Of a stretch of 33,497 nt of DNA, positions 23,737 through 33,497 are shown one piece after another (position 1 is the first letter of the stretch; every line of letters starts with the position of its first letter). The DNA lies in assembly GCA_003990765.1 (NCBI GenBank), contig RBNJ01000307.1, positions 1 to 33,497 of the forward strand. The letters run 5' to 3'. This DNA is from Jimgerdemannia flammicorona. Its lineage: Eukaryota. The position numbers were made by a program, and so were the translations under genes. The notes below the pieces were generated by a model. It had not been told where the DNA came from. It ran no database searches and worked only from the letters and a program-made list of their open reading frames with translations.

Positions 23737-24542
23737 ATGTCTACAGTAACAAGGTACACCGTTCTGAACGCCTACAAGAACTTGCTCAAGGTGCAGCGGA
23801 ATACCTTCAAAGGTATTATTTTTAAGCGTGGTTGTTGATATCCAATTTAGTAATAGCCCCTCAAGTAACACATTTGATCTCTTGCGCATTTGACACCCAT
23901 GTAGCTGATGTGGAAGCAATACAAGGTAATGTTGACGATTACTCCACCTTGTGTCTATTTTCTGGTAAAATTTACGTCACTCGATATTGGATGACAGTGG
24001 AGTTCGCAAAGTTTGCTGATTTGCCCTCCCTCTTCTGCCATAAACATCATCATTTGTAAAGCCGCGCGGCTAAGAACACATAGCGAATTTATGAAGTATC
24101 GTGATGAAACAAATCCCGAAATGATACAAAAGGTGAGTGGAATATTGGTTTTACGATCACGTTTTGCATCACGACTTCAATTGTCCGGTAACGATTATTT
24201 CTCACCATTACGTTTCATGGCTGCGCGCACAATTCGACGGCTCTCAACAGAAACTTGTATACGCCAACCAGATCGCCTCCATATTGGCCAAAAATATTGT
24301 TCAGGGCGTGAGAACGAACGACAACGACGAGACATATAGTGAGTTCTTCCCGTCTTTCTGTTAGGCCCATGCCACCTTCCTTCCGATGTTGAAAGTCATC
24401 GATTAACATCTCTTTTGCAGGACTGCGATTCAACCCAGAGACAGAGCTGGGCGACAACGACTCGATCAAGAAAAATCGGCACAAGCGCGATGCGGCAACA
24501 CATGAGCATAAGGATGGATGTTGTGAGAGCGGGAGCGCGTGA
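23737..24542 (+). CDS. MZM1: LYR-motif complex III (Rieske protein) chaperone Mzm1/LYRM7, 125 aa; exons 23737-23812, 23905-23925, 24062-24132, 24251-24338, 24421-24542
   Basis: VLNAYKNLLKVQRNTFKADVEAIQAARLRTHSEF..IASILAKNIVQG..YRLRFNPETELGDNDSIKK..GCC. The NIVQG and TELGDNDSIK motifs are typical of Mzm1. Includes a 21-nt micro-exon. Exons sum to 378 nt. Confidence 0.9.
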
Positions 24543-24950
24543 GATTGGGATGCGTTAATGGAACCTCTATCACAAACGTTGATATATCAGAGTAAGCTAT
24601 TTTGGTGCTATAGAACGATTTTGAACTATACAACATCGGCAAATCGTGCATTCGATTGAACTATCATATTCTTGAAAGAGCACATTTGCCTACTGATACA
24701 TAAAAGGATTTGTACTGACGCCATGGACATGACGACGCGCCAAAATATATTCCAATTTATATATAGTGAAAGTAAGAAACCCCCCAATGTTCGCAGGGTA
24801 AATAAAAGCCACTGCCAAAATATTCATCACTTCTCTCTTTCTTTCTTAAAGGTATTTGAATGACCAATGACCATATACCTTCCCAAATGTGCTGCGTAGC
24901 ACATCATCAATGCCCATCGGAAAGGTCCCAAATTTACTGTCTGGCAGCTG

Positions 24951-26375
24951 TCACTCAAGGGGTCGTAGTTTGATATAAAATTCCGGCGGGCATCTACAAA
25001 GGTTGGTCGGCTGCCATATATCAGTATATTCTTTGCCTGCATGTCGCCATAGCGGGTTCTTGCTTGCCAAAAAACAGTGCGTGAGCCCGTGACACCCGGA
25101 CGTAACGGCGTGCACGAAATCCTTGTCCATGCTTTCCCGCACCCTATCGCCACTCTCCGCGGAAAACGCGTACGTGATAAAAATATCGGTCAGGAACTGC
25201 CACCCACTTACATCCCTCACTCCCTGGCCCGACAGCTCGGCGAAGGCGTTGCGGATCGTCAGGTACCGAAGCCGGCGGGCGTTTGAGGCGCAATGGGCGA
25301 GGAAGGCGTTCGTGAGGACGCTGATGCCAGAAAGCTCGAGCAAGGTGAGGTATTGACACGAGTCGATGACATGGCACAGGTTGTGCTCGGTTATCTGCTG
25401 AACGGTGGGTCTCAAAGTTCCGATTTCGACATTGAGTCTGAGGGTTGTCAGATTTGGGCAATGGTCTGCGATGGTTTCGAGAATGAGGTCGTTGAAGAGA
25501 AGGCGGCAGTGGACAATGGTGAGTTCGCGAAGACGAGCGCCACAGTTGCGCACTCCTTGTTGAAGTTGGAGGCTCGTGATATTGTCAAGCCTCGAAAGCT
25601 GGATCTTGGACAGCTTAGGGAGAGCGTAGATGCCATCCAACGGAAATGGGACTTCGCCTCCAATTCCGCCGTTCAACGAAATTTTCTCAAGCGTGTCAGG
25701 CAGTTGCTGAAAGAATTTGGCACCGTCGTCGCCAGAGTAAGAGAGCCCGGTGAAACGAAGTGCCATGAGGTTTCCCATCAGCGGAACGACGGTCTTGAAG
25801 AAATTAGAGAACACGTTCGGCTGACTGCTATACCATTCGGGCAAATAAAACTCAATCTCCCTAATCTGGTTGGGCGAAAGGAGTTGTAAAATATTGGTGA
25901 TACCCAATGCTACTTCAGCCAGATCCGCCGCCGGTAGTCTAGGTCCGTCCAAAGCACGCAATGTCGGCGCTCTTAGGTCGATTCTTTTCACAAAAGCGAG
26001 ATGATCAACACCGGTTTCGACGGCTCGGGAGTGTGAATTAATCAGGAAGCTGGCCAGACGCTTCAAGGTCTCAGATCGAGTGGCTTCTTCGTCGCGCCAG
26101 AAGTCGAGCCTACACCAAATCAGAGGAAGGGCAAGGGAACGCCACTGGTGGGAGACTTGCGAGCATGACAGTAGGTTACTATGAATTTGGTGGTGGTGGA
26201 AGATGCCGTAGTCGATGCCTGGGTAGTGGCTGAGCAAACGAAAGATACGTTCGAGGACTTCAGGAGGAAAGGGTAGTGGTCGCTGAATCCTTTGCCGTTT
26301 ACGTCCTATATCGCCCTCAGGGTTTGGCGGAAGGTACTCCAGTGAACCGGTACGAAGGTTGGACATTTGGGGCAT
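24951..26375 (-). CDS. F-box / leucine-rich-repeat (RNI-like) protein, intronless, ~474 aa
   Basis: F-box LPFPPEVLERIFRLL..LLSCSQVSHQWRSLALPLIW followed by cysteine-containing LRRs (IADHCPNLTTLRL, IDSCQYLTLLELS). First ATG is at 26375. Confidence 0.85.
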   Translation of the reverse strand: MPQMSNLRTGSLEYLPPNPEGDIGRKRQRIQRPLPFPPEVLERIFRLLSHYPGIDYGIFHHHQIHSNLLSCSQVSHQWRSLALPLIWCRLDFWRDEEATRSETLKRLASFLINSHSRAVETGVDHLAFVKRIDLRAPTLRALDGPRLPAADLAEVALGITNILQLLSPNQIREIEFYLPEWYSSQPNVFSNFFKTVVPLMGNLMALRFTGLSYSGDDGAKFFQQLPDTLEKISLNGGIGGEVPFPLDGIYALPKLSKIQLSRLDNITSLQLQQGVRNCGARLRELTIVHCRLLFNDLILETIADHCPNLTTLRLNVEIGTLRPTVQQITEHNLCHVIDSCQYLTLLELSGISVLTNAFLAHCASNARRLRYLTIRNAFAELSGQGVRDVSGWQFLTDIFITYAFSAESGDRVRESMDKDFVHAVTSGCHGLTHCFLASKNPLWRHAGKEYTDIWQPTNLCRCPPEFYIKLRPLE

Positions 26376-27086
26376 GAGGAGAGCTAGGTCGCGTTTCGCC
26401 AAGTCACAATGAGGTCCCGTCACGTGTCATCCCAAAAATTCAAAAGTCCCATAGTTGCGATGGTGCCGAAGAGCAACATTGCACCACCAGATTTAAAATT
26501 AACCTGTTTCTTTGGCCTCCTCGGCACCAACTCTCCGCACGGCTTGCCCAATTTTTCGGAAGTCTGGCAGCGCTTGTCAGGAACCTTAGAACTGACAGAG
26601 AAAATTAGCCAATAACTGACTGTGTGGAAGATCATGTGCCAAATCATGTGCAAGATCCCGTGAAATGACGTGTAGATTACTTACTGTCGCTGTCACGGAG
26701 TGCTGAACCCGGTCCAGACAGAACATCTATATTCTGATACAGCCTACCAGGTAACTAATTTGGCACAGGTTAGTACTTATTAATGTGGCCTAAATCTAAC
26801 TTCAACTTACATCTAGTCCATATCTAGTAGTATGATAAAATGAAGCCAGAAACTTCTGAGATATTAAAATATATCTAGCATACAGTATGGTAAATTTTTA
26901 CCAAAAAGACTCAGAATGGGTTGAACCTTTGAGACCAAAAGCCCAACATCTTAATAGGGCAACCAACTCTCTATAAAAGGTTAAGAAAAATTTGAGAACT
27001 CAGCTTAAGCTCTCTAATATTTTTATGTTCCTCAATATCTTTATACTCAGTATTCTTAAGATTTCAAGATATATATATTTTTGGGA

Positions 27087-27124
27087 GTTTTTTTTTTTTT
27101 TTTTTTTTTTTTGTTTTTTTTTTG

Positions 27125-27165
<41 letters not shown>

Positions 27166-27188
27166 GTTTATTTCATTTTTTTTTTTTT
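27087..27188. repeat. Long poly(T) tract
   Basis: Interrupted T-runs spanning about 100 nt. Confidence 0.9.
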
Positions 27189-27309
27189 GTATTTTCTTAT
27201 CTGTCTTTTTTGTACATCTTTTAATTACTGTTTAATTTGCACATTTTCTAGTTTTCTGTTTCACAATAACTAGTCAGATTGTTAAAAATATTCAGGCCAA
27301 ATTTTGGAA

Positions 27310-28140
27310 AGACAAGACAATAGATGAAAGAGTCAAACTGGGCAACAAACCTAGTGCTGAAAGTTATGGTATAGTTTTTGAAGAAAGTCAACTAGATGGA
27401 GAGATATGTATGGTCAAGATATTAAGTAGAGAAGGTGCTATGTCATTTGATATTACTATGATTAAATGTGAGATAAACTTACTTCTTAAACTCAATCACT
27501 CTAATATTATATGAGCTTCTTAAGCATATTTGACTAGAGATTCCACATCAATCGAGATAGAGTATACTGAAGGACTGGTGGCTAATCTTATTAATCAAAT
27601 AAAAGAAGAGGCTGACTTTCAAAACTCATCCTCATCATCTTCAAAGAGCTCCTCAATGCAATATTATACCTGTACAATAATAAGATTACTTACTACAATA
27701 TCAAGCATGATAATTTACTGTACAAATCCAGTGCAGAAGGTTTATATATCATACTTTATAACTTTAATATATTAGTTAATATTGAAAATGATATAGTATA
27801 GCTAATACTTAGTTTGCCTGCATATAAATCATCTGAATTAATTGATAGTTGTCAGTTAGATTATATTCCATTTATAGCTGACATCTGAGTTCTATCTATT
27901 ACACTATATATCTTACTGACCTGCAATTTGCTATAAGATGAGATATAAAAGACAAATGCTATATACCAGAGATATCTTTATGACTATAGAACTATTTTTG
28001 GTCCAACCCTGCATCTGTGCATATTGATAGAAAACTTAATTCTTAGAGAACTAATGTACAATCTGAAACTTCACCCTGATATTCATATTTCACATAATAT
28101 TTATAGAGATTAAAGAGCTGTGGAAGATAAATAAATTACT
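27310..28140 (+). pseudogene. Heavily mutated Ser/Thr protein kinase pseudogene
   Basis: Subdomains appear in order but degraded: SAESYGIVF (Gly loop), CMVKIL, EINLLLKLNHSNII*, IEYTEG, YLYNNKITYYNIKHDNLL (catalytic loop, 27667-27720), LYNFN (DFG, ~27760), AYKSSEL (APE), ADI*VLSITLYILL. Many stops and frameshifts. Confidence 0.8.
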
Positions 28141-28539
28141 AAAGCAGTCATTGATATCAGATATAGGTGAAATCAATGTTACTAAGAGGTTGAAAATATC
28201 AGACAGTGACAAATGTATTTGTTATAGTGAGGCTAGTATGACAGGCTTGAATTATTCATTCAAAGGTCAGTGGGAGAACTACTAGATTTGTAAAGAGTGT
28301 CTTTAGTCAGTAAAAGAGATATTATTGATCAGCATTAATAGTGCATATATATTTGGAATAATAAAAGAAAGTACATAATCTATGCAAATTTTTATTTCTC
28401 TCAGATTCATTATAAAAATAGATTTTGTATTACTTTCAGAGATAATTTAGAAGATTATATAGTTGTATTATCAGTAGACTTAATGACTTTTTTACCTTTT
28501 TTTTTTTCTAAATAATGTTTAACAAATATCTGTTACTAT

Positions 28540-28959
28540 CTTTGACAACTCAAGATTGAAAAGGAATATAATGCATCTATCTTAGCTTTCCTTATCAAAA
28601 GACTGAAGATAAAAGAACTATTGGTATTCATCTTGATTTTGGATATCAAAGCTCTCATCTTGGTATTATATCATGAACTGTATAATGACAAGCTACCAGT
28701 GACAGTATTAGACTAACATAAAGCCCTATATAAGATATATATAGAATAGCTATAGAAAATGTTATATCTTCAGCTATCAACAGACAAGATAATAGACAAA
28801 TTAAGGCTAGATATCAGTACTATAATACTAGCTTTATTTAAAAATCCTTTAGTTTTATCTCATAAACACATCTTAGCAAAAGGGCTTATACTAAATATAG
28901 CTATAGTAGATGATGAGAATAAGATTTGTAAAATTATCAATAATATTTATGAAGATTGA
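28540..28959 (+). pseudogene. Decayed ORF of unknown identity inside the AT-rich block
   Basis: One frame is largely open (QLKIEKEYNASILAFLIKRL..KIINNIYED*) with few stops. No family recognised. Confidence 0.25.
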
Positions 28960-29243
28960 TTTTAATAAACAGCTAACTGCATTTTATTATTATAACTTTA
29001 TTGCTGCAAAAGTATAATGATAATCATCTCCTTTAGATTATAATAAATAGCACCACTTTATCAGATTTGGGTTAACTATATGAAGTATATATACTATTCA
29101 CAAATGTATAGCTATTTCCAGATAATATACCTAGCTATATCCAATATTACCCCAGCAAGGTTGGTGGCTATTAATACCTCAATAATAGAAAAGAAATCAG
29201 GCTTCAAGCAAAGTCTGTGATTAGGTAAAACTGATATACTTTG

Positions 29244-29307
29244 GAATAGATTCAGAATAGATTTAGAATAGATTTAGAATAGATTTGGAATATATTTGAA
29301 ATAGATA
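29244..29307. repeat. 11-bp tandem repeat (GAATAGATTTA-like, ~5.5 copies)
   Basis: gaatagattca gaatagattta gaatagattta gaatagatttg gaatatatttg aaatagata. Confidence 0.8.
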
Positions 29308-29389
29308 AGTATCAGTATTAGTGAGATTCTACTTTATTGTATTATATATTATCTGCTTACTACTTATTAATATACCTATTCTTTCCAAG

Positions 29390-31170
29390 TATAATATTCC
29401 ACAAAACAGGTTTGCTCTTGATTCAGATAAAGAATGACATTGTATATTTGATAGATAATATTGCTCTAGGGTGAGTTCTTTTTATTAATTATGATTTTAT
29501 CAGTCTTTGTTTGTGACCAATACCATATATATGTCTTATACTAGTCTCTTATAGTAGGTAAATAGTTATTGAGAAGAAGTCAAGAGAGATCTAAATCATA
29601 GAAATCTTTGTGATGTGAGAGTTCTTTGGATATTTAGAGTTTGGTAGTATCTGTTCTTTATGGCTATACTTGCATATCTTTCTCATTTTCATTTATTTTT
29701 CTTTCTTATCTGCTAATATTATAAGGCCCCAAGCTAAGTCAAGTTGAGAGTTTTTGTAGTTAGAGACCCATCTGTCTTATACATAAAGTATGAATTGATG
29801 ATTGCAATATCTAACAACTAGAAGAACATTGGCCACTAATTTCTTTTGGCTTTAATTTGTATATAGTAATATGCTCAGAGTTGGTTGGCAATATTGACCT
29901 CTTCTATATGATAGTTGTAATTATTGATAATCTTTGGAATCTCAATATCTATAGAATATTTGTTTCTCCAGATTGCTTAGACTTGAGTTTTATTGACTTT
30001 GGTTATTATTAGATATCATTGCTTATACTTGATTTTCTATTTTGCTTCTTACAATTTATAGATAGTAGTTAGTATTTTGACCACAGAGATATTCTTCTAT
30101 AGCAATACTAGAATATTGTTGATGACTACCTCTAATAATATATTCTAGTTGAGCTCTTTCTCTTTACTATATTTAATTTTAAGTTTCTCTAAGAATTATA
30201 TTCTATCTATTTTAACTGTTCTATATGCCCCAATTCTTTTTTATTGTAGATATTTGAATAGTGGAATACTGGAAAAGTATCTATCTATATAGATGTTGAA
30301 TCTCTAAGTCTTAGGTAATTGTTTGACTAGGTGAATCATAGTACATATATACTATTATACCAAACTTATTATTATCATCATTCTTTATCTCTTTGCTTTT
30401 AGTAGTACACAAATCTGGAAGAAATATCTATATATAACTATGATTACATAATGCAAAGACCTTGTAACTCTTCAAGATCAGCTTAAACTTTATATAGTAA
30501 ATATATAAGCTTCTGCCTATAAACCATATTATCATCTCATCAATAGATATATTAGAACTTGGTCAATATATTGTTTAGGATATTTTTTGAATATAAGATA
30601 ATAATGGCTCAAGTTTTGCCATATATTAATCATCATTGTATATGCTATATAGGAGAAATATAAAGGAATCATTTGATTTGTTGGAAGTAAAATAGAGATA
30701 TATATTCAAGAATGTGGTGTTTTGACTTCTAAAAGTCTATATCCCACTACTACTCAAGACTTCCTTCAGTGTAGAAAAGGCCAAAGTAAATACAAATAAT
30801 AATGAAGATAAGAAGTTCAGGTACTATTAGAATCTTCCACTCTCTACCAGTTATAAGATCCTTTATCTTCATTGTGGTATAGTAATTCATATTGGTAATA
30901 ATTATTTTTAGCATCTTATTAGAGAAGAAGAGATAGAAGACTTTAAGAATAGATCCAAGATGCTTAGGGAGAGCAGGCTTTAAGTAAAAAGACTTTTTGT
31001 ATTTGAGGTATATAAAAGTAGAAGGGTCAGATAAAGGTTTATTATTATTATTATTATTATTATCTATAAACTTATTATCCACATATTTATCATTATTGTC
31101 CATATCCTCATTATCATCCTCTACATTCTTGTTGTCCATATTCTTGCATTCTCTATTCTTATCATCCACA
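29390..31170 (-). mobile_element. Degenerate piggyBac-superfamily transposase relic
   Basis: Minus-strand motifs in order: FYLFFSNKMLKIIITNMNYY..W..ELLIFIIICIYFG, PSSNISIDEMIIWFIGRS (~30510-30560), YKVFALCNHSY, YIDRYFSSIPLF..IGAYRTVK, EEVNIANQL*AYY (from GGVD.ADQL), WPMFF*LLDIAIINSY, and a C-terminal Cys-rich remnant (CF..Y). Many stops. Confidence 0.85.
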
Positions 31171-31447
31171 TCTCTATTATCTATACCCTTATCATCTATG
31201 GTGGAAATGGTGAAAGTGATAGATATAGCCTTGTTTTTATTTTTATCATTGATAGTTGTGTGACCTGGTTAGCATAGAATCTCAACCACAATGATTTACT
31301 TCCTTTTGCTGCTTTTTCTTATGAATTCCTAGAGCATAGAGATGGTAGACATAGAGGTAGATATAGCAGTAGAGGTGGAGGATAGATATAGTAATAAAGG
31401 TAGAGAGTGGGTATAGTAGTAGAGATGGAGAACTTGAGTACTTTGTA

Positions 31448-31582
31448 AGTAAACTTGTTTGCTTACAAAGAACTTATCTGCTTGCTGCTTTCATATGTAG
31501 GTGAACTTGACTTATCTGCTTACTGCTTTTATAGGTAAACTTATTTGCTTACTATTTTTATAAGTAAACTTATTTGCTTACA
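31448..31582. repeat. Degenerate ~30-bp tandem repeat (GTAAACTTATTTGCTTAC core)
   Basis: About 5 imperfect copies of aacttrtytgcttrc, just 5' (on the minus strand) of the piggyBac ORF. Confidence 0.65.
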
Positions 31583-32042
31583 TTATTGATATGAGTATGA
31601 GAGATATATAGGATAAGAGTTTGTCATAATACAGTGGTATTGCATAGAACTATTTCAAATACTCTTTATACTTATACTAGATTGTTGTTTCATAAAGTCT
31701 TGATTTGGACACTATAAGTCTACAAGCCTATAAGCCATAAGATGAAGACTATAAGATTATTAGGAAATTGATAATAAAGGGCAATGAACAGGCAGTATAT
31801 AGACAAAGACTGTCAGATCTTGAGTAATATGTTTGCTAAGGAATTCCTCATCAAGTATGTCTTCTGAATAATTTCTATAAGATTTCCAAATAATTTCTGA
31901 ATTATTCCAATAGACTTAAGCTTATTTAATTTGACATTATGTCATCATCCTTTATTATATTAAAAGCTCTATTATCTGTCAAAGAAACCCATTACTTCTT
32001 AGCTCCCTCTTCTCTGTTTCTATTCTACTTAGTACTCTCAAT

Positions 32043-32236
32043 GAATTGAATTGAATTGAATTAGACCTAAATTCAATTTGATTCAAAACTTTGAATTGAA
32101 TTGAGGCCCAATTCGATTTAAATCAATTCGAATTAAGGTCTAATTCAATTTAATTCAATTCAAATTAAGATCCAATTTGAATTGAAGTTCAAATTTTGAA
32201 TTCAATTTAAAATTTGATTTGAAATTCAAAACTAAA
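32043..32236. repeat. AATTG/AATTC-rich inverted repeat (foldback)
   Basis: 32043-32074 matches the reverse complement of 32130-32161 at 30 of 32 positions, inside pentamer (GAATT) arrays. Confidence 0.75.
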
Positions 32237-32439
32237 ATATGGTAATTCAAAACTCACATGCAATACAACTTATAACAACATATACACAATCAAGCATATT
32301 GCAATCAAATATGTTGGACATGTCTTCTACAGTACTACTTATAATAGATATTATGATAATAATAGCTTCAATATCAGATACAGCTTCAATAAGCATAGCT
32401 ATAATAATAACATGGGCTTCTTTCTCCACTACCTTACCG

Positions 32440-33497
32440 GTCACAAGGTTTGGTAGGCGACCTTCCGAGTCCCCTTTCCCCTAATATTACCCCCTCTACC
32501 TCGGGTTGGTTTGCTGTGCCTGCAGGGGCATGGTGGGAGGAGGGCAATGGTGATGAGTTGCCCCTTTATTGGTGTCGGATCGGTGCTTCCTCCTCTTTTT
32601 CGCGGATTCTGGTGCCTTCAGCTGCATCTGGGGTGTACCTGTTTTGGTGTGGCGCCTTCTTTCTTTTGCCGTCGCCAACAAGGAGTTGTCTCGGTGTGTC
32701 TCGGGCTACGTAGGGAGTCGGCCGACCTTGGGCGTCAAGTGCTCAGTGTAGGTTACCTGCAGGTCCTCGGTGCCTGTGGTAGGGCCCTCTGGCTTTGGCG
32801 AGCTTCCCGGCAAGCACGGTTCTGGTGTAGGTGACTGCTTTTCGGGTGTTGTCGAGATGGGAGGGGAGATGGCCATTACAGATAGGCGGAAGGGCGATTA
32901 CGGTGAACCAGTAGGGTGCCAGGCTGGGGGCGGTCATCAGGGCTGGGGCAGGTGCTGCTTCGGTGGGGCCTTTTGATTGGTGCGGCGCAGTTAGGTGGTA
33001 GGTGTCACTCTCGGCTTCTTTTGGCGGGTAGCGGGGTGAGGCCCCAGTCGTCAGGGGGGGTCGGGGGACCCGAGGCTACCCATTTCAGGCATCTTGGCTG
33101 CACTCAACTGGAACCGGGAGCTGACATGACAACGTGATCGAGGCCCGCAGGCTTGAGTAGTGGGGTATTGGGGGTTTCCTCCCGCCTCACATGTAAGTCC
33201 TTTACTCACCTCGACTGGGAGAACCAGGCCCTACCCACCGTGTTGTGCTTTGATAAGGGTTTTTTCTTTGCCTGTCATTCTCTTTGGGGTGGCAGGGGCT
33301 ATTCTATTCGGCTCGGGCATGGCCTTGTACATACGTTGGGTTCTCGGGCGTGCGCTTTCGGTCGTTGGTGTATGGTTGGGTTTCCCCTGGTGGTAGGGAG
33401 AGCATGGTGCACAGAATGAGGTGCGGGCTTATCAGCCCTGCTGCGCCTGGCATGGTCAAGCTGCTGGACAATAGCTAGCCTAGGTTAATGGGGGGGC
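32440..33497. other. GC-rich unassigned segment, possibly a younger retroelement or TE fragment
   Basis: Abrupt switch from AT-rich to G-rich sequence with CpGs retained. Fragmented ORFs show no recognisable domain. LTR-like ends (gtcaca at ~32440, tgaca at ~33128) lack a matching TSD, PBS or PPT. Confidence 0.25.

Noticed and set aside
29244..31582. Short tandem repeats as a CRISPR-like array
   Set aside because: Eukaryotic context, no unique spacers and no cas genes. They are degenerate tandem repeats.
32440..33132. Solo LTR (gtcaca...tgaca)
   Set aside because: Left end is GG rather than TG, and there is no target-site duplication, PBS or polypurine tract.

Overview
Intron-rich fungal genomic DNA, most consistent with an early-diverging (Mucoromycota-like) fungus. 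This is an inference from intron density, minor introns and gene content. Positions ~3.8-26.4 kb are a gene-dense block encoding, in order: mitochondrial aspartyl-tRNA synthetase (MSD1, -), proteasome subunit RPN2 (+), NAD-dependent glycerol-3-phosphate dehydrogenase (GPD1, +), an initiator tRNA-Met (+), an Atg31-like protein (-), an Sds3/Dep1-like protein (-), ATP12 (-) head-to-head with MZM1/LYRM7 (+), and an intronless F-box/LRR gene (-). It is flanked by AT-rich, CpG-poor decayed repeats: a ~700 bp TIR element at 1.9-2.6 kb, and a 26.8-32.4 kb block holding a wrecked protein kinase and a wrecked piggyBac transposase. The main signals are: (1) two U12-type (minor spliceosome) introns among ~50 introns modelled, a GT-AG one in GPD1 and an in-frame, stop-free AT-AC one in the Sds3-like gene, both with the CCTTAAC branch box at an identical, unusually long distance from the 3' splice site; (2) heavy C:G->T:A hypermutation of the repeats, often at CpA and so RIP-like, in what looks like a non-Dikarya fungus; (3) an Atg31-like gene.
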